From the human T2T-CHM13v2.0 reference genome, Homo sapiens, in the NCBI RefSeq assembly GCF_009914755.1, contig NC_060948.1: DNA of 64,000 bases; one strand, 5' to 3'. A model generated the notes under the pieces. It saw only the letters and a list, made by a program, of their open reading frames with translations. It did not search any database and was not told the DNA's origin. How positions within the stretch are numbered: position 1 is the stretch's first letter; each line of letters opens with the position of its first letter. This document shows, piece after piece, positions 14,201 to 28,945 of the stretch. The position numbers were made by a program, and so were the translations under genes.

Positions 14201-14841
14201 TATAATGGAGTCGAATGAAATGGAATTGAAAGGAATGGGATCGAATACAATGGAATATACTGGAATGTAATGTAAAGAACTCGAATGTAATTGAATGGAA
14301 AGGAATGTACATGAATGGAATGTAATCGAATTGAAAGTAATCCAATGGAATAGTATCTAATCTAATAAAATCGACTCAGATAGAGTAGAATGTAATGGAA
14401 TGGAGTGTAGTGCAATGGAATGGAATGGAATGGAATGCAATGGAATGGAAAGGAATGGAATGCAATGGAATGGAATGGGATGGAATGGTATGGAATGGAT
14501 AGTAATGGACTGGAGTGAAATGGACTGGAAAGGAATGGACTCAAATTGAAAGGTCTCGAAAGGAATGGAGTCAAAAGGAATGGTCTGGAATGGAATGAAC
14601 ACGAATGTAATGCAATCCAATAGAATGGAGTCGAATGGCATGGAATATAAAGAAATGGAATCGAAGAGAATGGAAACAAATGGAATGGAATTGAATGGAA
14701 TGGAATTGAATGGAATGGGAAGGAATGGACTGAAATTGTATGCAGTAGAAGAGAATAGAATGGAATGCAAGCGAAAGGAAAGGAATGGATTGGAATGGAA
14801 TGGAATTCATTGGAATGGAAGGGAATGTAGTGTAATGGACA
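11299..14841 (-). repeat. DYZ1 monomer U4 (3543 bp)
   Basis: HaeIII 11299 to 14842. 1-bp deletion catagaagtaat (~11385) and a second EcoRI at 12009. Confidence 0.92.
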
Positions 14842-17800
14842 GGCCTGGAATAAAGTGGAATGCTACGGTCTCGAATGGAATAAAAATGTATGGAATGGAA
14901 TGCAATGAAACGGAATCGAATGTCATAGAATGTAATGGAATGCAAAAAAATGGAATCCAAAATCATTGACTGGAAAGGCTGGGTGTCGAAAGGAATTGAC
15001 TCCAATGGAATGGAATCAAATGGAATGGAAGTGAATAGAATCGAACTAAATCGAATGGAATGGAATTGATAGGAACGGAATGGAAAGGAATGCAATGATT
15101 TGGCATGGAATGGAATCGAATGGCATCGAATGGAATGGAATGGAATGCAATGGAATGGAATGTATTAGAATGTAATGAACTTTAATGGAATGTACTCGAA
15201 TGGATTCGACTGGAATGGAATGTTCTGGAAGTGAATGGACTCCAATGGAATGGATTCAAAAGGAATGGAATCGTACGGAATGGAATCTAATGGAATGGAA
15301 TTAAATGGAAATGAATCAAATTGAATAGCACGGAATTGAATTGAATGGAATCGAATGCAATGGAATCTAATGAAACGGAAAGGAAAGGAATGGAATGGAA
15401 TGGAATGGGCTGGAATGGAAAGGAATCGAAACGAATGGAATGGAATCGAACTGAAGAGACTGGAATGGAATGCACTGGAATGGAAGGGAGTGTAATGGAA
15501 GGTTCTCGAAAAAAATGGAATCGAATGGAATGGAATTGAATGGAACGGAATAGAGTCGAATGGAATTGAATGGAATGGAATGGACTAGAGTGAAATGGAA
15601 TCGAACCACAAGGAATGGACAGGAATAGAATGGTCTCGAATTGAATGGAATCGTATGGAATGGCATCAAACGGAATGGAATGGACAGCCACGGAATGGAA
15701 TGCACTCGAATGCAATGGAGTCGAAACTAATGGACTGGAATAGAATGGACTCGACTGGTACGGACTCCAATGGAATGGAATCGAATGGAAGGGAATCGAA
15801 CGGAAGGGAATCGAACGGAATGGACTCGAAGGGAAAAGACTGCAATGGAAAGGTCTCGAATGGAATGGAAATTAATGGAATGGAATGGAATCGAATGAAA
15901 TGGAGTCAAAAGGAATGGAATCGAATGGCAAGAAATCGAATGTAATGGAATCGGAAGGAATTGATGTGAACGTAACGGAATGGAATGGAATCCAAAGGAA
16001 TGGAATAGAATGGAATGGAATCGAATGGAAAGGACTCGAATGGAAATCACTCGAATAGAATGCAATTTAATAAAATAGGATCAAATGTAATGGAATGGAA
16101 TGGAAAGGAATCGAAACGAAAGGAATGGAGACAGATGGAATGGAATGGAACAGAGAGCAATGGTATAGAATGGAATGGAATCATCTGGAATGGAATTGAA
16201 TGGAATGGAATAATATGAAATGGAATGGAATGGAATGGAATGTCCTTGAATTAAATGGACTGGAATGGAATGGACTCGAACAGAGTGGAATGGAAAGTGT
16301 TGAAATAGAATGGAATGGACTCGTTTGGAATGGTGTAGTATGCAATGCAATCGACTGGCAGGGAATCAAAAGGAATGTAATCGAATGGATTGGACTGGAA
16401 TGCAATGGACTCGAATAGATTGGAAACGGAATGCAAAGGAATGGAATGGAATAGTATGGAATGGAATGGAAAGGAATGGAGTGGAATAGACTAGAGTGGA
16501 ATGGAATGGACTCGAAAGCAATGGACTGGAATGGAACTTTCTTGAATGGACTGGAATCAAACGGAATGGAATGCAATGCAATCAAATGGCATGGAATAAA
16601 ATAGAATGAAAGAGAATCAAACGGAATTGAATCGAATGGAATCGAATGGATTGGAAAGGAATAGAATGGAATGGAATGGAATTGACTCAAATGGAATGGA
16701 CTAGAATGGAATGGATTCGAATGGAAGGCAAAGGAATGGAATCTATTGGAATGGACTGTAATGGAATGGAATGGAAGGGATTGGAATGGACTCGAATGGA
16801 ATGGACTGCAATAGAAAGGATTCGAATGGAATGAAAAAGAATTGAATGGAATAGAACAGAATGGAATCAAACCTCATGAAATAGAATGGAATAGAAAGGA
16901 ATGGAATGAAATCGAATGGAAAGGATTCGAATGGAATGCAATCGAATGGAATGCAATCGAATGGAATGGAATCGAACGGAATGGAATAAAATGGAAGAAA
17001 ACTGGCAAGAAATGGAATCGAAATGAATGGAGTGTTAAGGAACGGACTCAAAAGGAATTGAATGTAATAGAATGGAGTGGAGTAGACTCGAATATAATGG
17101 ACTGGAATGGAATGAAATCACATGGAATGGGAACGAATGGAATGGAATGGAAAGGAATGGAATCGAATGGAAAGGAATCGAATGGAAGGGAATGAAATTG
17201 AATCAACAGGAATGGAAGGGAATAGAATAGACGGTAATGGAATGGAATCGAATAGAATGGACACGAATGCTCAAATTGAATGGACTCGAATGGAATGGAA
17301 ATGAAAGGAATGTCATCGAATGCAATTCAATCGATTGGAATGAAATCGCATAGGATGGAGTGGAATCAAATGGAATTGAATCGAAAGGAAAAGAAGCGAA
17401 TTGACTGAAATGAAATGGAATGGAATTGAATGGAAAGTAATGCAACGGAATAGAATGGAATGAAATTTCACGGAATGGAATCAAACTGAATGGAATCAAA
17501 TCAATGGAATATAATCAAATGGAATGGAAAGGAATTGAATGGAGTAGATTGTATTGGATGGGATTGGAATGAAATGTACTGGAAAGGACTCGAATTTCAT
17601 GAAACGGAATGGAATGTATTAGAACGGAATGGACTCGAATGGAATTGAATGTCACGGAATGGCATCAAATGGAATGGCATCAATTGGAATGGAATCGAAT
17701 GCAATGGAATGCTATGGAATGGAATGGAATGCATTGGAATGGAATGTCCTCTAATGGAATGGATTCGAGTGGAATGGAATCGAATATAATGGAGTCTAAT

Positions 17801-18380
17801 GAAATGGAATTGAAAGGAATGGGATCCAATACAATGGAATATACTGGAATGTAATGTAATGAACTCGAATGTAATTGACTGGAATGGAATGTACATGAGT
17901 GGAATGTAATCGAATGGAAAGTAATCCAATGGAATAGAATCTAATGCAATAAAATCGACTCAAATAGAGTAGAATGTAATGGAATGGAGTGCAGTGCAAT
18001 GGAATGGAATGGAATGGGATGGAATGGTATGGAATGGATAGTAACGGACTGGAGTGAAATGGACTGGAAAATAATGGACTCAAATTGAAAGGGCTCGAAA
18101 GGAATGGAGTCAAATGGAATGGTCTGGAATGGAATGAACACGAATGTAATGCAATCCAATAGAATGGAATCGAATGGCATGGAATATAAAGAAATGGAAT
18201 CGAAGAGAATGGAAACAAATGGAATGGAATTGAATGGAATGGAATTGAATGGAATGGGAACGAATGGAGTGAAATTGTATGCAGTAGAAGAGAATAGAAT
18301 GGAATGCAAGCGAAAGGAAAGGAATGGATTGGAATGGAATGGAATTCATTGGAATGGAAGGGAATGTAGTGTAATGGACA
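14842..18380 (-). repeat. DYZ1 monomer U5 (3539 bp)
   Basis: HaeIII 14842 to 18381. Near-copy of U3 at offset 7082. Confidence 0.92.
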
Positions 18381-21300
18381 GGCCTGGAATAAAGTGGAAT
18401 GCTACGGTCTCGAATGGAATAAAAATGTATGGAATGGAATGCAATGAAACGGAATCGAATGTCATAGAAGTAATGGAATGCAAAAAAATGGACTCCAAAA
18501 TCATTGACTGGAAAGGCTGGGTGTCGAAAGGAATTTACTCCAATGGAATGGAATCGAATGGAATGGAAGTGAATAGAATCGAACTAAATCGAATGGAATG
18601 GAATTGATAGGAACGGAATGGAAAGGAATGCAATGATTTCGCATGGAATGGAATCGAATGGCATCGAATGGAATGGAATGGAATGCAATGGAATGGAATG
18701 TATTAAAATGTAATGAACTTTAATGGAATGTACTCGAATGGATTCGACTGGAATGGAATGTTCTCGAAGTGAATGGACTCCAATGGAATGGATTCGAAAG
18801 GAATGGAATCTAATGGAATGGAATTAAATGGAAATGAATCAAATTGAATAGAACGGAATTGAATTGAATGGAATCGAATGCAATGGAATCTAATGAAACG
18901 GAAAGGAAAGGAATGGAATGGAATGGAATGGAATGGGCTGGAATGGAATGGAATCGAAACGAATGGAATGGAATCGAACTGAAGAGACTGGAATGGAATA
19001 CACTGGAATGGAAGGGAATGTAATGGAAGGTTCTCGAAAAAATGTAATTGAAAGGAATGGAATTGAGTGGAACGGAATAGAGTCGAATGGAATTCAATGG
19101 AATGGAATGGACTAGAGTGAAATGGAATCGAACCACAAGGAATGGACAGGAATAGAATGGTCTCGAATTGAATGGAATCGTATGGAATGGCATCAAACGG
19201 AATGGAATGGACAGCCACGGAATGGAATGCACTCGAATGCAATGGAGTCGAAACTAATGGACTGGAATAGAATGGACTCGACTGGTACGGACTCCAATGG
19301 AATGGAATCGAATGGAAGGGAATCGAACGGAATGGACTCGAAGGGAAAAGACTGCAATGGAAAGGTCTCGAATGGAATGGAAATTAATGGAATGGAATGG
19401 AATCGAATGAAATGGAGTCAAAAGGAATGGAATCGAATGGCAAGAAATCGGATGTAATGGAATCGCAAGGAATTGATGTGAACGGAACGGAATGGAATGG
19501 AATCCAAAGGAATGGAATAGAATGGAATGGAATCGAATGGAAAGGACTCGAATGGAAATCACTCGAATAGAATGCAATTTAATAAAATAGGATCAAATGT
19601 AATGGAATGGAATGGAAAGGAATCGAAACGAAAGGAATGGAGACAGATGGAATGGAATGGAACAGAGAGCAATGGTATAGAATGGAATGGAATCATCTGG
19701 AATGGAATTGAATGGAATGGAATAACATGAAATGGACTGGAATGGAATGGAATGCCCTTGAATTAAATGGACTGGAATGGAATGGACTCGAACAGAGTGG
19801 AATGGAAAGTGTTGAAATAGAATGGAATGGACTCGTTTGGAATGGTCTAGTATGCAATGCAATCGACTGGCAGGGAATCAAAAGGAATGTAATCGAATGG
19901 ATTGGACTGGAATGCAATGGACTCGAATAGATTGGAAACGGAATGCAAAGGAATGGAATGGAATAGTATGGAATGGAATGGAAAGGAATGGAGTGGAATA
20001 GACTAGAGTGGAATGGAATGGACTCGAAAGCAATGGACTGGAATGGAACTTTCTTGAATGGACTGGAATCAAACGGAATGGAATGTAATGCAATCAAATG
20101 GCATGGAATAAAATAGAATGAAAGAGAATCAAATGGAATTGAATCGAATGGAATCGAATGGATTGGCAAGGAATAGAATGGAATGGAATGGAATTGACTC
20201 AAATGGAATGGACTAGAATGGAATGGATTCGAATGGAAGGCAAAGGAATGGAATCTATTGGAATGGACTGTAATGGAATGGAATGGAAGGGATTGGAATG
20301 GACTCGAATGGAATGGACTGCAATAGAAAGGATTCGAATGGAATGAAAAAGAATTGAATGGAATAGAACAGAATGGAATCAAATCGAATGAAATGGAATG
20401 GAATAGAAAGGAATGGAATGAAATGGAATGGAAAGGATTCGAATGGAATGCAATCGAATGGACTGGAATCGAACGGAATGGAATAAAATGGAAGAAAACT
20501 GGCAAGAAATGGAATCGAAATGAATGGAGTGTTATGGAACGGACTCAAAAGGAATTGAATGTAATAGAATGGAGTGGAGTGGACTCCAATATAATAGACT
20601 GGAATGGAATGAAATCACATGGAATGGGAACGAATGGAATGGAATGGAAAGGAATGGAATCGAATGGAAAGGAATCGAATGGAAGGGAATGAAATTGAAT
20701 CAACAGGAATGGAAAGGAGTAGAATAGACGGTAATGGAATGGGCTCGAATAGAATGGACACGAATGCTCAAATTAAATGGACTCGAATGGAATGGAAACG
20801 AAAGGAATGTCATCGAATGGAATTGAATCGATTGGAATGAAATCACATAGAATGGAGTGGAATCAAATGGAATTGAATCGAAAGGAAAGGAAGCGAATGG
20901 ACTGAAATGAAATGGAATGGAATTGAATGGAAATTAATGCAATGGAATAGAATGGAAAGAAATTTCACGGAATGGAATCAAACTGAATGGAATCAAATCA
21001 ATGGAATATAATCAAATGGAATGGAAAGGAATTGAATGGAGTAGATTGGATTGGATGGGATTGGAATGAAATGTACTGGAAAGGACTCGAATTTCATGAA
21101 ACGGAATGGAATGAATTAGAACGGAATGGACTCGAATGGAATGGAATATCACGGAATGGCATCAAATGGAATGGCATCAATTGGAATGGAATCGAATGCA
21201 ATGGAATGCTGTGGAATGGAATGGAATGCATTGGAATGGAATGTCCTCTAATGGAATGGATTCGAGTGGAATGGAATCGAATATAATGGAGTCTAATGAA

Positions 21301-21917
21301 ATGGAATTGAAAGGAATGGGATCCAATACAATGGAATATACTGGAATGTAATGTAATGAACTCGAATGTAATTGACTGGAATGGAATGTACATGAATGGA
21401 ATGTAATCGAATGGAAAGTAATCCAATGGAATAGAATCTAATGCAATAAAATCGACTCAAGTAGAGTAGAATATAATGGAATGGAGTGCAGTGCAATGGA
21501 ATGGAATGGAATGGAATGCAATGGAATGGAATGGAATGGAATGGAATGGAATGTGATGGAATGGTATGGAATGGATAGTAATGGACTGGAGTGAAATGGA
21601 CTGGAAAGGAATGGACTCAAATTGAAAGGGCTCGAAAGGAATGGAGTCAAATGGAATGGTCTGGAATGGAATGAACACGAATGTAATGCAATCCAATAGA
21701 ATGGAATCGAATGGCATGGAATATAAAGAAATGGAATCGAAGAGAATGGAAACAAATGGAATGGAATTGAATGGAATGGAATTGAATGGAATGGGAACGA
21801 ATGGAGTGAAATTGTATGCAGTAGAAGAGAATAGAATGGAATGCAAGCGAAAGGAAAGGAATGGATTGGAATGGAATGGAATTCATTGGAATGGAAGGGA
21901 ATGTAGTGTAATGGACA
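18381..21917 (-). repeat. DYZ1 monomer U6 (3537 bp)
   Basis: HaeIII 18381 to 21918. Variants aaatcggatgt (~19450) and ggactccaatataatagac (~20581). Confidence 0.92.
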
Positions 21918-24900
21918 GGCCTGGAATAAAGTGGAATGCTACGGTCTCGAATGGAATAAAAATGTATGGAATGGAATGCAATGAAACGGAATCGAATGTC
22001 ATAGAATGTAATGGAATGCAAAAAAATGGAATCCAAAATCATTGACTGGAAAGGCTGGGTGTCGAAAGGAATTGACTCCAATGGAATGGAATCGAATGGC
22101 ATGGAAGTGAATAGAATGGAACTAAATCGAATGGAATGGAATTGATAGGAACGGAATGGAAAGGAATGCAATGATTTGGCATGGAATGGAATCGAATGGC
22201 ATCGAATGGAATGGAATGGAATGCAATGGAATGGAATGTATTAGAATGTAATGAACTTTAATGGAATGTACTCGAATGGATTCAACTGGAATGGAATGTT
22301 CTCGAAGTGAATGGACTCCAATGGAATGGATTCGAAAGGAATGGAATCTAATGGAATGGAATTAAATGGAAATGAATCAAATTGAATAGAACGGAATTGA
22401 ATTGAATGGAATCGAATGCAATGGAATCTAAAGAAAAGGAAAGGAAAGGAATGGAATGGATTGGAATGGAATGGGCTGGAATGGAATGGAATCGAAACGA
22501 ATGGAATGGAATCGAACTGAAGAGACTGGAATGGAATGCACTGGAATGGAAGGGAATGTAATGGAAGGTTCTCAAGAAAAATGGAATCGAAAGGAATGGA
22601 ATTGAATGGAACGGAATAGAGTCGAATGGAATTCAATGGAATGGAATGGACTAGAGTGAAATGGAATCGAACCACAAGGAATGGACAGGAATAGAATGGT
22701 CTCGAATTGAATGGAATCGTATGGAATGGCATCAAACGGAATGGAATGGACAGCCACGGAATGGAATGCACTCGAATGCAATGGAGTCGACACTAACGGA
22801 GTGGAATAGAATGGACTCGACTGGTACGGACTCCAATGGAATGGAATCGAATGGAAGGGTATCGAACGGAATGGACTCGAAGGGAAAAGACTGCAATGGA
22901 AAGGTCTCGAATGGAATGGAAATTAATGGAATGGAATGGAATCGAATGAAATGGAGTCAAAAGGAATGGAATCGAATGGCAAGAAATCGAATGTAATGGA
23001 ATCGCAAGGAATTGAAGTGAACGGAACGGAATGCAATGGAATCCAAAGGAATGGAATAGAATGGAATGGAATCGAATGGAAAGGACTCGAATGGAAATCA
23101 CTCGAATAGAATGCAATTTAATAAAATAGGATCAAATGTAATGGAATGGAATGGAAAGGAATCGAAACGAAAGGAATGGAGACAGATGGAATGGAATGGA
23201 ACAGAGAGCAATGGTATAGAATGGAATGGAATCATCTGGAATGGAATTGAATGGAATGGAATAACATGAAATGGACTGGAATGGAATGGAATGCCCTTGA
23301 ATTAAATGGACTGGAATGGAATGGACTCGAACAGAGTGGAATGGAAAGTGTTGAAATAGAATGGAATGGACTCGTTTGGAATGGTCTAGTATGCAATGCA
23401 ATCGACTGGCAGGGAATCAAAAGGAATGTAATCGAATGGATTGGACTGGAATGCAATGGACTCGAATAGATTGGAAACGGAAAGCAAAGGAATGGAATGG
23501 AATAGTATGGAATGGAATGGAAAGGAATGGAGTGGAATAGACTAGAGTGGAATGGAATGGACTGGAAAGCAATGGACTGGAATGGAACTTTCTTGAATGG
23601 ACTGGAATCAAACGGAATGGAATGCAATGCAATCAAATGGCATGGAATAAAATAGAATGAAAGAGAATCAAATGGAATTGAATCGAATGGAATCGAATGG
23701 ATTGGAAAGGAATAGAATGGAATGGAACGGAATTGACTCAAATGGAATGGACTAGAATGGAATGGATTCGAATGGAAGGCAAACGAATGGAATCTATTGG
23801 AATGGACTGTAATGGAATGGAATGGAAGGGATTGGAATGGACTCGAATGGAATGGACTGCAATAGAAAGGATTCGAATGGAATGAAAAAGAATTGAATGA
23901 AATAGAAGAGAATGGAAACAAATCGAATGAAATGGAATGGAAGAGAAAGGAATGGAATGAAATGGAATGGAAAGGATTCGAATGGAATGCAATCGAATGG
24001 AATGGAATCGAACGGAATGGAATAAAATGGAAGAAAACTGGCAAGAAATGGAATCGAAATGAATGGAGTGTTATGGAACGGACTCAAAAGGAATTGAATG
24101 TAATAGAATGGAGTGGAGTGGACTCGAATATAATGGACTGGAATGGAATGAAATCACATGGAATGGGAACGAATGGAATGGAATGGAAAGGAATGGAATC
24201 GAATGGAAAGGAATCGAATGGAAGGGAATGAAATTGAATCAACAGGAATGGAAGGGAGTAGAATAGACGGTAATGGAATGGACTCGAATAGAATGGACAC
24301 GAATGCTCAAATTGAATGGACTCGAATGGAATGGAAACGAAAGGAATGTCATCGAATGGAATTGAATCGATTGGAATGAAATCGCATAGAATGGAGTGGA
24401 ATCAAAAGGAATTGAATCGAAAGGAAAGGAAGCGAATGGACTGAAATGAAATGGAATGGAATTGAATGGAAAGTAATGCAATGGAATAGAATGGAACGAA
24501 ATTTCACGGAATGGAATCAAACTGAATGGAATCAAATCAATGGAATATAATCAAATGGAATGGAAAGGAATTGAACGGAGTAGATTGGATTGGATGGGAT
24601 TGGAATGAAATGTACTGGAAAGGACTCGAAATTCATGAAACGGAATGGAATGAACTGGAACGGAATGGAATCGAATGGAATGGAATGTCATGTAATGGCA
24701 TCAAATGGAATGGAATCGAATGCGATGGAATGCTATGGAATGGAATGGAATGCATAGGAATGGAATGTCCTCTAATGGAATGTATTCGAGTGGAATGGAA
24801 TCGAATATAATGGAGTCTAATGAAATGGAATTGAAAGGAATGGGACCGAATACAATGGAATAAACTGGAATGTAATGTAATGAACTCGAATGTAATTGAC

Positions 24901-25431
24901 TGGAATGGAATGTACATGAATGGAATGTAATCGAATGGAAAGCAATCCAATGGAATAGAATCTAATGCAATAAAATCGACTCAAATAGAGTAGAATGTAA
25001 TGGAATGGAGTGCAGTGCAATGGAATGGAATGGAATGCAACGGAATGGAATGGAATGGAATGGAATGGGATGGAATGGTATGGAATGGATAGTAATGGAC
25101 TGGAGTGAAATGGACTGGAAAAGAATGGACTCAAATTGAAAGGGCTCGAAAGGAATGGAGTCAAATGGAATGGTCTGGAATGGAATGAACACGAATGTAA
25201 TGCAATCCAATAGAATGGAATCGAATGGCATAGAATATAAAGAAATGGAATCGAAGAGAATGGAAACAAATGGAATGGAATTGAATGGAATGGAATTGAA
25301 TGGAATGGGAACGAATGGAGTGAAATTGTATGCAGTAGAAGAGAATAGAATGGAATGCAAGCGAAAGGAAAGGAATGGATTGGAATGGAATGGAATTCAT
25401 TGGAATGGAAGGGAATGTAGTGTAATGGACA
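21918..25431 (-). repeat. DYZ1 monomer U7 (3514 bp)
   Basis: HaeIII 21918 to 25432. Variants ttctcaagaaaa and cgacactaacggagt. Confidence 0.92.
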
Positions 25432-28400
25432 GGCCTGGAATAAAGTGGAATGCTACGGTCTCGAATGGAATAAAAATGTATGGAATGGAATGCAATGAAA
25501 TGGAATCGAATGTCATAGAATGTAATGGAATGCAAAAAAATGGACTCCAAAATCATTGACTGGAAAGGCTGGGTGTCGAAAGGAATTGACTCCAATGGAA
25601 TGGAATCGAATGGCATGGAAGTGAATAGAATGGAACTAAATCGAATGGAATGGAATTGATAGGAACGGAATGGAAAGGAATGCAATGATTTGGCATGGAA
25701 TGGAATCGAATGGCATCGAATGGAATGGAATGGAATGCAATGGAATGGAATGTATTAGAATGTAATGAACTTTAATGGAATGTACTCGAATGGATTCGAC
25801 TGGAATGGAATGTTCTCGAAGTGAATGGACTCCAATGGAATGGATTCGAAAGGAATGGAATCTAATGGAATGGAATTAAATGGAAATGAATCAAATTGAA
25901 TAGAACGGAATTGAATTGAATGGAATCGAATGCAATGGAATCTAATGAAAAGGAAAGGAAAGGAATGGAATGGATTGGAATGGAATGGGCTGGAATGGAA
26001 TGGAATCGAAACGAATGGAATGGAATCGAACTGAAGAGACTGGAATGGAATGCACTGGAATGGAAGGGAATGTAATGGAAGGTTCTCAAGAAAAATGGAA
26101 TCGAAAGGAATGGAATTGAATGGAACGGAATAGAGTCGAATGGAATTCAATGGAATGGAATGGACTAGAGTGAAATGGAATCGAACCACAAGGAATGGAC
26201 AGGAATAGAATGGTCTCGAATTGAATGGAATCGTATGGAATGGCATCAAACGGAATGGAATGGACAGCCACGGAATGGAATGCACTCGAATGCAATGGAG
26301 TCGACACTAACGGAGTGGAATAGAATGGACTCGACTGGTACGGACTCCAATGGAATGGAATCGAATGGAAGGGTATCGAACGGAATGGACTCGAAGGGAA
26401 AAGACTGCAATGGAAAGGTCTCGAATGGAATGGAAATTAATGGAATGGAATGGAATCGAATGAAATGGAGTCAAAAGGAATGGAATCGAATGGCAAGAAA
26501 TCGAATGTAATGGAATCGCAAGGAATTGAAGTGAACGGAACGGAATGCAATGGAATCCAAAGGAATGGAATAGAATGGAATGGAATCGAATGGAAAGGAC
26601 TCGAATGGAAATCACTCGAATAGAATGCAATTTAATAAAATAGGATCAAATGTAATGGAATGGAATGGAAAGGAATCGAAACGAAAGGAATGGAGACAGA
26701 TGGAATGGAATGGAACAGAGAGCAATGGTATAGAATGGAATGGAATCATCTGGAATGGAATTGAATGGAATGGAATAACATGAAATGGACTGGAATGGAA
26801 TGGAATGCCCTTGAATTAAATGGACTGGAATGGAATGGACTCGAACAGAGTGGAATGGAAAGTGTTGAAATAGAATGGAATGGACTCGTTTGGAATGGTC
26901 TAGTATGCAATGCAATCGACTGGCAGGGAATCAAAAGGAATGTAATCGAATGGATTGGACTGGAATGCAATGGACTCGAATAGATTGGAAACGGAAAGCA
27001 AAGGAATGGAATGGAATAGTATGGAATGGAATGGAAAGGAATGGAGTGGAATAGACTAGAGTGGAATGGAATGGACTGGAAAGCAATGGACTGGAATGGA
27101 ACTTTCTTGAATGGACTGGAATCAAACGGAATGGAATGCAATGCAATCAAATGGCATGGAATAAAATAGAATGAAAGAGAATCAAATGGAATTGAATCGA
27201 ATGGAATCGAATGGATTGGAAAGGAATAGAATGGAATGGAACGGAATTGACTCAAATGGAATGGACTAGAATGGAATGGATTCGAATGGAAGGCAAAGGA
27301 ATGGAATCTATTGGAATGGACTGTAATGGAATGGAATGGAAGGGATTGGAATGGACTCGAATGGAATGGACTGCAATAGAAAGGATTCGAATGGAATGAA
27401 AAAGAATTGAATGGAATAGAACAGAATGGAATCAAATCGAATGAAATGGAATGGAAGAGAAAGGAATGGAATGAAATGGAATGGAAAGGATTCGAATGGA
27501 ATGCAATCGAATGGAATGGAATCGAACGGAATGGAATAAAATGGAAGAAAACTGGCAAGAAATGGAATCGAAATGAATGGAGTGTTATGGAACGGACTCA
27601 AAAGGAATTGAATGTAATAGAATGGAGTGGAGTGGACTCGAATATAATGGACTGGAATGGAATGAAATCACATGGAATGGGAACGAATGGAATGGAATGG
27701 AAAGGAATGGAATCGAATGGAAAGGAATCGAATGGAAGGGAATGAAATTGAATCAACAGGAATGGAAGGGAGTAGAATAGACGGTAATGGAATGGACTCG
27801 AATAGAATGGACACGAATGCTCAAATTGAATGCACTCGAATGGAATGGAAACGAAAGGAATGTCATCGAATGGAATTGAATCGATTGGAATGAAATCGCA
27901 TAGAATGGAGTGGAATCAAATGGAATTGAATCGAAAGGAAAGGAAGCGAATGGACTGAAATGAAATGGAATGGAATTGAATGGAAAGTAATGCAATGGAA
28001 TAGAATGGAACGAAATTTCACGGAATGGAATCAAACTGAATGGAATCAAATCAATGGAATATAATCAAATGGAATGGAAAGGAATTGAATGGAGTAGATT
28101 GGATTGGATGGGATTGGAATGAAATGTACTGGAAAGGACTCGAAATTCATGAAACGGAATGGAATGAACTGGAACGGAATGGACTCGAATGGAATGGAAT
28201 GTCATGGAATGGCATCAAATGGAATGGAATCGAATGCGATGGAATGCTATGGAATGGAATGGAATGCATTGGAATGGAATGTCCTCTAATGGAATGTATT
28301 CGAGTGGAATGGAATCGAATATAATGGAGTCTAATGAAATGGAATTGAAAGGAATGGGACCGAATACAATGGAATAAACTGGTATGTAATGTAATGAACT

Positions 28401-28945
28401 CGAATGTAATTGACTGGAATGGAATGTACATGAATGGAATGTAATCGAATGGAAAGCAATCCAATGGAATAGAATCTAATGCAATAAAATCGACTCAAAT
28501 AGAGTAGAATGTAATGGAATGGAGTGCAGTGCAATGGAATGGAATGGAATGCAACGGAATGGAATGGAATGGAATGGAATGGGATGGAATGGTATGGAAT
28601 GGATAGTAATGGACTGGAGTGAAATGGACTGGAAAAGAATGGACTCAAATTGAAAGGGCTCGAAAGGAATGGAGTCAAATGGAATGGTCTGGAATGGAAT
28701 GAACACGAATGTAATGCAATCCAATAGAATGGAATCGAATGGCATGGAATATAAAGAAATGGAATCGAAGAGAATGGAAACAAATGGAATGGAATTGAAT
28801 GGAATGGAATTGAATGGAATGGGAACGAATGGAGTGAAATTGTATGCAGTAGAAGAGAATAGAATGGAATGCAAGCGAAAGGAAAGGAATGGATTGGAAT
28901 GGAATGGAATTCATTGGAATGGAAGGGAATGTAGTGTAATGGACA
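25432..28945 (-). repeat. DYZ1 monomer U8 (3514 bp)
   Basis: HaeIII 25432 to 28946. Same class as U7. Confidence 0.92.
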
